Assembly: GCA_051362555.1 (NCBI GenBank)
Contig: CM120641.1
Location: 31,440,401-31,504,400 of the forward strand
DNA length: 64,000 bases
Direction: 5' to 3'
Origin: Lingula anatina
Taxonomy: Eukaryota > Animalia > Brachiopoda
Shown: positions 15,001-26,510 of the stretch, one piece after another
How the letters are laid out: every line of letters starts with the position of its first letter
How positions within the stretch are numbered: the stretch's first letter is position 1
Made by a program: the position numbers and the translations under genes
Notes under the pieces: generated by a model
Databases searched by the model: none
Seen by the model: only the letters and a program-made list of their open reading frames with translations
Told to the model about the DNA's origin: nothing

Positions 15001-18000
15001 GCAGTCTTTTCAATGTCATTTTCAGTTTTCTCAATTTTATTGTCCAAAAAAATCTTTTTTATGAGACACAGTCAACTGATGAGCTTATCACAGATTTTTA
15101 TTATTGTTATGCATCATCTGTCCAAATTTCACAAATATTGGACAAGATTTTTGAAAATTATTAACATTTAACTATTTTAAGGCACCGCATTTGGCAGTCT
15201 TTTCAATGTCATTTTCAGTTTTTCTCAAATTTATAAGTTCTGAAAATATCCTTTTTATTAGACACAGTCAACTGTTTAGGTTAAGTTTATCAAAATTACT
15301 GTTCAACTATTTTAGTGTGGGAAATTTGTCAATTTTCAGAATTTAATTTTCACTTTTATTAAACATATTGTTCTTTTTCTAGGTGACCTTTTCCATACAG
15401 CGTGATGGATTTTTTGGTGAACTGATTCTTCCTGTCTGGTCAGGGCTAATTCCTCTAGAAAAAACAGACAGCAAAAGACAACAGCAAGAGCAATGCTATG
15501 TCTCATCCATGTGTACAATAGATGGTATATGGCAAGCTTTAGGACATTGTCAAATGGTGTGCTAAACCCTATTCCAGAAACCGATTGTAAGGAGGAATCT
15601 GCATCTGGTATTGGTAATAAGGAGATGTCTTAAATGGGTATATATTCTTTTCCAGAGGACAATTATGGGTAATTTGTCACCTCTTACACAAACAAACTCA
15701 AATCATAATATTTGATGTTTAATGTGAATCTAATTAGATGTTGTGAAATTGAAAAAAAAATATTGTAGATAATTCTCACTCTTCGCATACAAAATGTCAG
15801 ACAACTACAATTCTATCACACACTGTCAACTGTAAAGCTTATCACAGATTTTTGTTATTGCTAAGCATCATCTCTCCAAATTTTACAAATATTGAACAAG
15901 TTTTGTGAAAATTATTAATATTTAACTATTTTAAGGCACCGCATTTTGCAGTCTTTTCAGTTTCATTTTCAATTTTCTCAATTTTATTGTCCAAAAAAAA
16001 AAAATCTTTTTAATGAGACACAGTCAACTGATGAGTTTATCACAGATTTTTATTGTTGTTATGCATCATCTATCCAAATTTCACAAATATTAGACAAGAT
16101 TTGTGAAAATTATTAACGTTTAACTATTTTAAGGCACCGCATTTTGCAGTCTTTTCAATGTCATTTTCAGTTTTCTCAATTTTATTGTCCAAAAAAATCT
16201 TTTTTATGAGACACAGTCAACTGATGAGCTTATCACAGATTTTTATTATTGTTATGCATCATCTGTCCAAATTTCACAAATATTGGACAAGATTTTTGAA
16301 AATTATTAACATTTAACTATTTTAAGGCACCGCATTTGGCAGTCTTTTCAATGTCATTTTCAGTTTTTCTCAAATTTATAAGTTCTGAAAATATCCTTTT
16401 TATTAGACACAGTCAACTGTTTAGGTTAAGTTTATCAAAATTACTGTTCAACTATTTTAGTGTGGGAAATTTGTCAATTTTCAGAATTTAATTTTCACTT
16501 TTATTAAACATATTGTTCTTTTTCTAGGTGACCTTTTCCATACAGCGTGATGGATTTTTTGGTGAACTGATTCTTCCTGTCTGGTCAGGGCTAATTCCTC
16601 TAGAAAAAACAGACAGCAAAAGACAACAGCAAGAGCAATGCTATGTCTCATCCATGTGTACAATAGATGGTATATGGCAAGCTTTAGGACATTGCCAAAT
16701 GGTGTGCTAAACCCTATTCCAGAAACCGATTGTAAGGAGGAATCTGCATCTGGTATTGGTAATAAGGAGATGTCTTAAATGGGTATATATTCTTTTCCAG
16801 AGGACAATTATGGGTAATTTGTCACCTCTTACACAAACAAACTCAAATCATAATATTTGATGTTTAATGTGAATCTAATTAGATGTTGTGAAATTGAAAA
16901 AAAAATATTGTAGATAATTCTCACTCTTCGCATACAAAATGTCAGACAACTACAATTCTATCACACACTGTCAACTGTAAAGCTTATCACAGATTTTTGT
17001 TATTGCTAAGCATCATCTCTCCAAATTTTACAAATATTGAACAAGTTTTGTGAAAATTATTAATATTTAACTATTTTAAGGCACCGCATTTTGCAGTCTT
17101 TTCAGTTTCATTTTCAATTTTCTCAATTTTATTGTCCAAAAAAAAATTTTTTTAATGAGACACAGTCAACTGATGAGTTTATCACAGATTTTTATTGTTG
17201 TTATGCATCATCTATCCAAATTTCACAAATATTAGACAAGATTTGTGAAAATTATTAACGTTTAACTATTTTAAGGCACCGCATTTTGCAGTCTTTTCAA
17301 TGTCATTTTCATTTTTCTTAATTTTATTGTCCAAAAAAATCTTTTTTATGAGACACAGTCAACTGATGAGCTTATCACAGATTTTTATTGTTGTTATGCA
17401 TCATCTATCCAAATTTCACAAATATTAGACAAGATTTGTGAAAATTATTAACGTTTAACTATTTTAAGGCACCGCATTTGGCAGTCTTTTCAATGTCATT
17501 TTCAGTTTTTCTCAAATTTATATGTTCTGAAAATATCCTTTTTATTAGACACAGTCAACTGTTTAGGTTAAGTTTATCAAAATTACTGTTCAACTATTTT
17601 AGTGTGCGAAATTTGTCAATTTTTAGAATTTAATTTTCACTTTTTTCAAACATATTGTTCTTTTTCCAGGTGACCTTTTCCATAATGGCTTTTTTGGTGA
17701 ACTGATTCTTCCTGTCTGGTCAGGGCTAATTCCTATAGAAAAAACAGACAGCAAAAGACAACAGCAAGAGCAATGCTATGTCTCATCCATGTGTACAATA
17801 GATGGTATATGGCAAGCTTTAGGACATTGTCAAATGGTGTGCTAAACCCTATTCCAGAAACCGATTGTACGGAGGAATCTGCATCTGGTATTGGTAGTAA
17901 GGAGATGTTATTTTTGTTATTGTTAAGCATCATCTCTCCAAATTTGACAAATATTAGACAAGATTTGTGAAAATTATTAACATTTAACTGTTTTAAGGCA

Positions 18001-21000
18001 CCGCATTTTGCAGTCTTCTCAGTGTCATTTTCAATTTTCTCAAATATATTGTCCAAAAAAATCTCTTTTATGAGACACAGTCAACTGATGAGCTTATCAC
18101 AGATTTTTATTGTTGTTATGCATCATCTATCCAAATTTCACAAATATTAGACAAGATTTGTGAAAATTATTATCGTTTAACTATTTTATACCATGGAATT
18201 TGCCAGTCTTTTCAGTGTCATTTTCAGTTTTCTCACATTTATATGCTCTCAAAAATGTTTTTCATGAGACACAGTCAACTGATGAGCTGATCACAGATTT
18301 TTATTGTTGTTATGCATCATCTATCCAAATTTCACAAATATTAGACAAGATTTGTGAAAATTATTAACGTTTAACTATTTTAAGCCATGGAATTTGGCAG
18401 TCTTTTCAATGTCATTTTCAGTTTTCTCACATTTATATGCTCAGAAAAATGTTTTTCATGAGACACAGTCAACTGATGAGCTTATCACAGATTTTTATTA
18501 TTATTAAGCATCATCTCTCCTAATTCCACAAGTATTGGAAAAGGTTTTGGGAAAAATATAAACATTTAACTATTTTATACCATGGAATTTGGCAGTCTTT
18601 TCAGTGTCATTTTCAGTTTTCTCACATTTATGTGCTCTGAAAAATGTCAACTGTCAACTGATAAGCTTATCACAGATTTTTATTATTGTTATGCATCATC
18701 TGTCCAAATTTCACAAATATTGGACAAGATTTTTGAAAATTATTAACATTTGACTATTTTAAGGCACCGCATTTGGCAGTCTTTTCAATGTCATTTTCAG
18801 TTTTTCTCAAATTTATAAGTTCTGAAAATATCCTTTTTATTAGACACAGTCAACTGTTTTGGTTAAGTTTATCAAAATTACTGTTCAACTATTTTAGTGT
18901 GGGAAATTTGTCAATTTTTAGAATTTAATTTTCACTTTTTTCAAACATATTGTTCTTTTTCCAGGTGACCTTTTCCATAATGGCTTTTTTGGTGAACTGA
19001 TTCTTCCTGTCTGGTCAGGGCTAATTCCTATAGAAAAAACAGACAGCAAAAGACAACAGCAAGAGCAATGCTATGTCTCATCCATGTGTACAATAGATGG
19101 TATATGGCAAGCTTTAGGACATTGTATATTTCACAAATATTAGACAAGATTTTTGAAAATTATTAACGTTTAACTATTTTAAGCCATGGAATTTGGCAGT
19201 CTTTTCAATGTCATTTTCAGTTTTCTCACATTTATTTGCTCTGAAAAATGTTTTTCATGAGACACAGTCAACTGATGAGCTTATCACAGATTTTTATTAT
19301 TGGTATGCATCATCTGTCCAAATTTCACAAATATTGAACAATATTTGTGAAAATTATTAACGTTTAACTATTTTATACCATGGAATTTGGAAGTCCTTTC
19401 AGTGTCATTTTCAGTTTTCTCACATTTATATGCTCTCAAAAATGTTTTTCATGAGACACAGTCAACTGATTAGCTGATCACAGATTTTTATTGTTGTTAT
19501 GCATCATCTATCCAAATTTCACAAATATTAGACAAGATTTGTGAAAATTATTAACGTTTAACTATTTTAAGCCATAGAATTTGGCAGTCTTTTCAATGTC
19601 ATTTTCAGTTTTCTCACATTTATATGCTCAGAAAAATGTTTTTCATGAGACACAGTCAACTGATGAGCTTATCACAGATTTTTATTATTGTTAAGCATCA
19701 TCTGTCCAAATTCCACAAATATTGGACAAGATTTGTGAAAAATATAAACGTTTAACTATTTTATACCATGGAATTTGGCAGTCTTTTCAGTGTCATTTTC
19801 AGTTTTCTCACATTTATGTGCTCTGAAAAATGTCAACTGTCAACTGATAAGCTTATCACAGATTTTTATTATTGTTATGCATCACCTGTCCAAATTTCAC
19901 AAATATTGGACAAGATTTTTGAAAATTATTAACATTTAACTATTTTAAGGCACCGCATACATCTCTCCAAATTCCACAAATATTGGACAAGATTTGTGAA
20001 AAATATAAACGTTTAACTATTTTATACCATGGAATTTGGCAGTCTTTTCAGTGTCATTTTCAGTTTTCTCACATTTATGTGCTCTGAAAAATGTCAATTG
20101 TCAACTGATAAGCTTATCACAGATTTTTATTATTGTTATTCATCATCTGTCCACATTTCACAAATATTGGACAAGATTTTTGAAAATTATTAACATTTAA
20201 CTATTTTAAGGCACCGCATTTGGCAGTCTTTTCAATGTCATTTTCAGTTTTTCTCAAATTTATATGTTCTGAAAATATCCTTTTTATTAGACACAGTCAA
20301 CTGTTTAGGTTAAGTTTATCAAAATTACTGTTCAACTATTTTAGTGTGGGAAATTTGTCAATTTTTAGAATTTAATTTTCACTTTTTTCAAACATATTGT
20401 TCTTTTTCCAGGTGACCTTTTCCATAATGGCTTTTTTGGTGAACTGATTCTTCCTGTCTGGTCAGGGCTAATTCCTATAGAAAAAACAGACAGCAAAAGA
20501 CAACAGCAACAGCAATGCTATGTCTCATCCATGTGTACAATAGATGGTATATGGCAAGCTTTAGGACATTGTCAAATGGTGTGCTAAACCCTATTCCAGA
20601 AACCGATTGTAAGGAGGAATCTGCATCTGGTATTGGTAGTAAGGAGATGTTATTTTTGTTATTGTTAAGCATCATCTCTCCAAATTTGACAAATATCAGA
20701 CAAGATTTGTGAAAATTATTAACATTTAACTGTTTTAAGGCACTGCATTTTGCAGTCTTCTCAGTGTCATTTTCAATTTTCTCAAATTTATTGTCCAAAA
20801 AAATCTTTTTTATGAGACACAGTCAACTGATGAGCTTATCACAGATTTTTATTGTTGTTATCCTTCATCTATCCAAATTTCACAAATATTAGACAAGATT
20901 TGTGAAAATTATTAACGTTTAACTATTTTAAGGCACCGCATTTTGCAGTCTTTTCAGTGTCATTTTCAGTTTTCTCAATTTTATTGTCCAAAAAAAAAAA

Positions 21001-23349
21001 AAAAATCTTTTTCATGAGACACAGTCAACTGATGAGCTTATCACAGATTTTTATTGTTGTTATGCATCATCTATCCAAATTTCACAAATATTAGACAAGA
21101 TTTGTGAAAATTATTAACGTTTAACTATTTTATACCATGGAATTTGCAGTCTTTTCAGTGTCATTTTCAGTTTTCTCGCATTTATATGCTCTGAAAAATG
21201 TCAACTGTCAACTGATAAGCTTATCACAGATTTTTATTATTGTTATGCATCATCTGTCCAAATTTCACAAATATTGGACAAGATTTTTGAAAATTATTAA
21301 CATTTAACTATTTTAAGGCACCGCATTTGGCAGTCTTTTCAATGTCATTTTCAGTTTTTCTCAAATTTATATGTTCTGAAAATATCCTTTTTATTAGACA
21401 CAGTCAACTGTTTCGGTTAAGTTTATCAAAATTACTGTTCAACTATTTTAGTGTGGGAAATTTGTCAATTTTTAGAATTTAATTTTCACTTTTTTCAAAC
21501 ATATTGTTCTTTTTCCAGGTGCCCTTTTCCATACAGCGTGATGGCTTTTTTGGTGAACTGATTCTTCCTGTTTGGTCAGGGCTAATTCCTATAGAAAAAA
21601 CAGACAGCAAAAGACAACAGCAAGAGCAATGCTATGTCTCATCCATTTGTACAATAGATGGTATATGGCAAGTTTTAGGACATTGTCCAATGGTGTGCTA
21701 AACCCTATTCCAGAAACCGATTGTAAGGAGGAATCTGCATCTGGTACTGGTATATGTTATTTTTGTTATTGTTAAACATCATCTCTCCTAATTTGACAAA
21801 TATTAGACAAGATTTGTGAAAATTATTAACATTTAACTGTTTTAAGGCACGGCATTTTGCAGTCTTCTCAGTGTCATTTTCAATTTTCTCAAATTTATTG
21901 TCCAAAAATATCTTTTTAATGAGACACAGTCAACTGATGAGCTTATCACAGATTTTTATTGTTGTTATGCATCATCTATCCAAATTTCACAAATATTAGA
22001 CAAGATTTGTGAAAATTATTAACGTTTAACTATTTTAAGGCACCGCATTTTGCAGTCTTTTCAATGTCATTTTCAGTTTTCTCAATTTTATTGTCCAAAA
22101 AAAAAAAAATCTTTTTCATGAGACACAGTCAACTGATGAGCTTATCACAGATTTTTATTTTTGTTATGCATCATCTTTCCAAATTTCACAAATATTAGAC
22201 AAGATTTGTGAAAATTATTAACGTTTAACTATTTTTAGGCACCTAATTTTGCAGTCTTTTCAATGTCATTTTCAGTTTTCTCACATTTATATGCTCTGAA
22301 AAATGTTTTTCATGAGACACAGTCAACTGATGAGCTTATCACAGATTTATATTATTGTTATGCATCATCTGTCCAAATTTCACAAATATTGAACAATATT
22401 TGTGAAAATTATTAACGTTTATTTATTTTATACCATGGAATTTGCAGTCTTTTCAGTGTCATTTTCAGTTTTCTCACATTTATATGCTCTCAAAAATTTT
22501 TTTCATGAGACACAGTCAACTGATGAGCTGATCACAGATTTTTATTGTTGTTATGCATCATCTATCCAAATTTCACAAATATTAGACAAGATTTATGGAA
22601 ATTATTAACGTTTAACTATTTTAAGCCATGGAATTTGGCAGTCTTTTCAATGTCATTTTCAGTTTTCTCACATTTATATGCTCTGAAAAATGTTTTTCAT
22701 GAGACACAGTCAACTGATGAGCTCATCACAGATTTTTATTCAATTCAATTCAATTCAATTTATTTCTGTACTGGTACATAGATTATCATGACCTTGTACA
22801 ATATGATATACTAATGACGATACAATACAGTTAGTGCATTACCATCTTTATATAATGGACATACATATCAGTAAAATTACTCATAAAATATTCTATCTAA
22901 GCAATGCGATAAACCTTGGTGTGATTTTAAATTTACCATAAACATACTATAAACATGTTACACAAAAAGAATATGTTTAAACTTAAAACCAAGGTTACAT
23001 AGCTGTTTAAAGACAGTTTGAAGACATGGATAATTACGACTAATGACAATTACATAAGACAGATAAGTAAATAAGTTACACAGAAATAAATATTGTGCCA
23101 TGTTCAGTCCCACTGCCGAGTCACTTCTCACAACAGTGGGACCATACACTGACAATTTAATGGATATGCTAAGAGTTAAACCCCCTTTACATTGGACAGC
23201 GTCCTTTCTGCATCCAGCAGTACGGCCCCATTTGAGAGTTAAAGAAGTATAATACTTTACGTGCCGACAACTGGCAGATCATTGAGCATTCATTCTGATA
23301 CAAAATCAATGCTCATGCCTCCTTATTAAGACCACAGCGATGCCAAATT

Positions 23350-24381
23350 TCATGGTCGCAGAAAGGACGCAGAAGGGACGCCGTCCAGTGTAAAGGGGGC
23401 TTTACCAAGCAGAGCAACTACTTCACTTCTTTTCTTGAATGATTTGATTATAAAGTTGGAGAGGGACACTAGAGTATCTTTTTTGGCACTGTTAAATACA
23501 TGGCATAAATGACTGTCTGGTGACCTGGGATCAGCTTTTAGGATTGAGGTTTTACTTAAAAAGGTGACTCGGTCTGTTTTGTACATTGGGCATTGGAATA
23601 TAAAATGGTATTCATCTTCAATTACCCCTTGGGTGCACAGGCGACAGATTCTGTCGCACCTTTCAGTTTTTGGCCTGGTGTGCCGCCCAGTTTCGATGTG
23701 GAGTTTATGATCACTAAGGCGTAGTTTAGCAAGGGTTGACAAGGTGTCATAATTTGTTATTTTATCAACATAAGTTGCTCTTTCACACTTTTGGTTAAGT
23801 ATACGGAAGAGAGACAATTTACTGTTGGCTTGAAGTTTGCTATTGCACATTTGGGTAAAGTGGTCAGTTTGTCTTTGTTTGAAAATTGTGGTGAAGTTTT
23901 TTGGAGGTGACTGGCTAAGCCACACATCTCCAAGGCCAAATGTGAAAAGGATTTTTCGGATACCCTCAGACCATGACATACAAGCTGGCCTGAGTGTGTG
24001 GACTGCGGGTGGGACATAAGGTGTCAGCAACTTGTAACTATTTATCTCTTGTATGTATGCTTGTTTCATTAGTGTAGCATCAGACATTTGAATAATTTTA
24101 CACCATAGTTGGACAGATGCAAACTGTATTTTGGTATAGAGGGGAAGGCGGCCAAGTTCAGTGTATACACCATAGTTTGATACGTTTTGATGGAGGCCAA
24201 GGATTTGTTTGCAAAATTTTAAGTGCAACTTTTCTGTAGGGCAGTTATCCGTTGACACAGAGTAGCCCCATATCTCTGAGCAATATGTAAGGATTGGGGA
24301 AATGAGGGTATCAAATAATTTCTCTTTTAAGGATATGTTAACATTACTCTGAAGTGGAAGAGACTTGCACCCCATTCTCAT
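23350..24381 (-). pseudogene. LINE ORF2 C-terminal part with CCHC zinc finger (fragment 2)
   Basis: Motifs LFDTLISPILTYCSEIWG, VYTELGRLPL, LRLSDHKLHIETGRH and CRLC...EDEYHFIFQC. It is in frame with fragment 1 (…LFSQLQSNVNIS…) once the 24356-24563 insertion and one aagt are removed. Confidence 0.9.
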
Positions 24382-24563
24382 AGATTAGATCGACCTACAT
24401 TGGATCGACCTAACTCCCTGGGGGTTCACGCTAAATAGCTGTCAGCCGGGCGGACACGAAAGTTAATTACCCCTTAAAGCTTGTAGTAGGCGGGGACGGA
24501 CACTTAAGGGGGATTATCTGACAGTAATCTAGTGAGACTCCCCGCGGTGATAGATCGATCTAA
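24356..24563 (-). mobile_element. ~208-bp non-autonomous element, Helentron/HINE-like
   Basis: It interrupts the LINE ORF. On the minus strand it starts TTTTAGATCGATCTA and has the inverted copy TAGGTCGATCTAA ~30 nt before the other end (asymmetric sub-TIRs). It has internal inverted repeats and GTCC remnants, and sits at a TT (actt on both sides). Confidence 0.6.
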
Positions 24564-25214
24564 AAGTTGTGAGAACAGAGCCTTGGACAGACTGAAGAAT
24601 GCCTTTGTAGCACGTTGTAGGAGATTACTTTGGGTTTCTGTAAAGCTTTCTGATCGATTTAGAAGGAGACCTAGATACATGTATTTGTTGACCTCTTGGA
24701 TTGGTTTTCCATAAAGAAAAAATTTTTCACTGTGAGCTTTTGATTTTGAGTTGAAAATAACTATTTTAGTTTTGGTGACATTTACAGTCAGTCTCCACTT
24801 GTTACAGAAATTTTCTACAATTTCCAAACTTTGCCTTAGCCCTTTGGGGGTCTTGGACATAAGGATGAGGTCATCAGCATAGAGTAAACCTTGTATTGGT
24901 ATTCCATTTATATCTGGACTTGCAGCACTTTCGCCATCAATTGATCTAAGAAGGTCATCAATAAAAATATTAAAAAGAAATGGGCTCAATGTGTCACCTT
25001 GTTTTACGCCTAGTGTTGTATTAAAGGCCGGGGATATACCACTACTTGTCTTAACACATGCTTGGGAGTTTTCATACATGCTTTTAATGTTTTTGTACAT
25101 AAGTCCTCTTATTCCTAGAGTACTTAGCTTGAACAGTAGTCCATTCCTCCAAACACTATCGAATGCTTTCGAAAAGTCGATGAAACATGTGTATAATTTT
25201 TTCTTTCCTTTCAT
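24504..25214 (-). pseudogene. LINE reverse transcriptase core (fragment 1)
   Basis: Motifs FIDFSKAFDSV, GVKQGDTLSPFLFNIFIDDL, LLYADD and YMYLG. The last ~20 aa of the ORF derive from a nested insertion. Confidence 0.93.
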
Positions 25215-26510
25215 AAATTTTGTTATAATGGACTTAAGTATAAAGATATTATCTGAAGTACCATGACCATTTATTATTGTTAAGCATCATCTCTCCAAAT
25301 TCCACAAATATTGGACAAGATTTGTGAAAAATATAAACGTTTAACTATTTTATACCATGGAATTTGGCAGTCTTTTCAGTGTCATTTTCAGTTTTCTCAC
25401 ATTTATATGCTCTGAAAAATGTCAACTGTCATCTGATAAGCTTATCACAGATTTTTATTATTGTTATGCATCATCTGTCCAAATTTCACAAATATTGGAC
25501 AAGATTTTTGAAAATTATTAACATTTAACTATTTTAAGGCACCGCATTTGGCAGTCTTTTCAATATCATTTTCAGTTTTTCTCAAATTTATATGTTCTGA
25601 AAATATCCTTTTTATTAGACACAGTCAACTGTTTCGGTTAAGTTTATCAAAATTACTGTTCAACTATTTTAGTGTGGGAAATTTGTCAATTTTTAGAATT
25701 TAATTTTCACTTTTTTCAAACATATTGTTCTTTTTCCAGGTGACCTTTTCCATACAGCGTGATGGCTTTTTTGGTGAACTGATTCTTCCTGTCTGGTCAG
25801 GGCTAATTCCTATAGAAAAAACAGGCATCAAAAGACAACAGCAAGAGCAATGCTATGTCTCATCCATGTGTACAATAGATGGTATATGGCAAGCTTTAGG
25901 ACATTGTCAAATGGTGTGCTAAACCCTATTCCAGAAACCGATTGTAAGGAGGAATCTGCATCTGGTATTGGTAGTAAGATGTCTTAAATGGGTATATATT
26001 CTTATCCAGAGGACAATTATGGCTAATTTTTCACCTCTTACACAAAGAAACTCAAATCATGATATTTGATGTTTAATATGAGGTTAATTAGATGTTGTGA
26101 AATTGAAAGAAAAGTTTTATATAATTCTCACCCTTCACATACAAAATACCAAACAACTACAATTCTATTACACAGAGTCAACTGTTAAGCTTATCACAGA
26201 TTTTTGTTATTGTTAAGCATCATCTCTCCAAATTCCACAAATATTGGACAAGATTTGTCAAAATTTTTAACGTTTAACTATTTTAGACCATGGAATTTTG
26301 CAGTCTTTTCAATGTAATTTTCAGTTTTCTCCAATTAATATGATCTTAAAAATCTTTTTCATTAGACACAGTCAACTGATGAAAATTTTTCAGAGATATT
26401 TATTGATTTTAAGCATCATTTGTACAAATTTCAAAAATATTGGACTAGATTTGTCAAAACTATTAACATTTAACTATTTTATACCATGAAAATTGCCAGT
26501 CTTTTTAATG

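Larger units (their letters stand above)
22741..25269 (-). mobile_element. 5'-truncated non-LTR retrotransposon (RTEX-like LINE) inserted in the satellite
   Basis: RT ORF on the minus strand and a 3' tail (AATTG)n at 22741-22760. The satellite gatttttattattgtt is split, with an apparent TSD tttatt at 22735-22740 and 25270-25275. The clade is inferred from motif pattern. Confidence 0.9.
644..25980 (+). repeat. 17 copies of a non-satellite, exon-like cassette embedded in the satellite
   Basis: ttgttctttttccaggtgaccttttcc...ggtattggtagtaagg starts near 644, 2550, 4263, 5597, 6524, 7472, 8418, 10323, 12382, 14446, 15368, 16513, 17653, 18950, 20396, 21504 and 25725. These copies produce the repeated 60-65 aa ORF calls. 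Confidence 0.92.
1..26510. repeat. Higher-order tandem satellite array (~193-bp monomer plus interspersed cassette)
   Basis: The motif caactg(a/c)tgagc recurs with its ctg at 1301, 1495, 1688, 1881 and 2074 (period 193-194). Runs of monomers alternate with a non-monomer cassette. The array extends beyond the window start and is interrupted by a LINE at 22741-25269. Confidence 0.97.

Noticed and set aside
644-22781. Many 60-116 aa ORFs on both strands of the satellite as independent genes
   Set aside because: They start at TTG/GTG or fortuitous ATGs, recur only because the DNA is repeated, and are broken in sibling copies.
23757-25266. Antisense and alternate-frame ORFs overlapping LINE coding regions (also at 60389-61258 and within DIRS)
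   Set aside because: Shadow ORFs of real RT/gag coding sequence with no independent motifs.
1-26510. CRISPR-like array
   Set aside because: Units are ~193-bp tandem monomers without unique spacers, there are no cas genes, and the context is eukaryotic.
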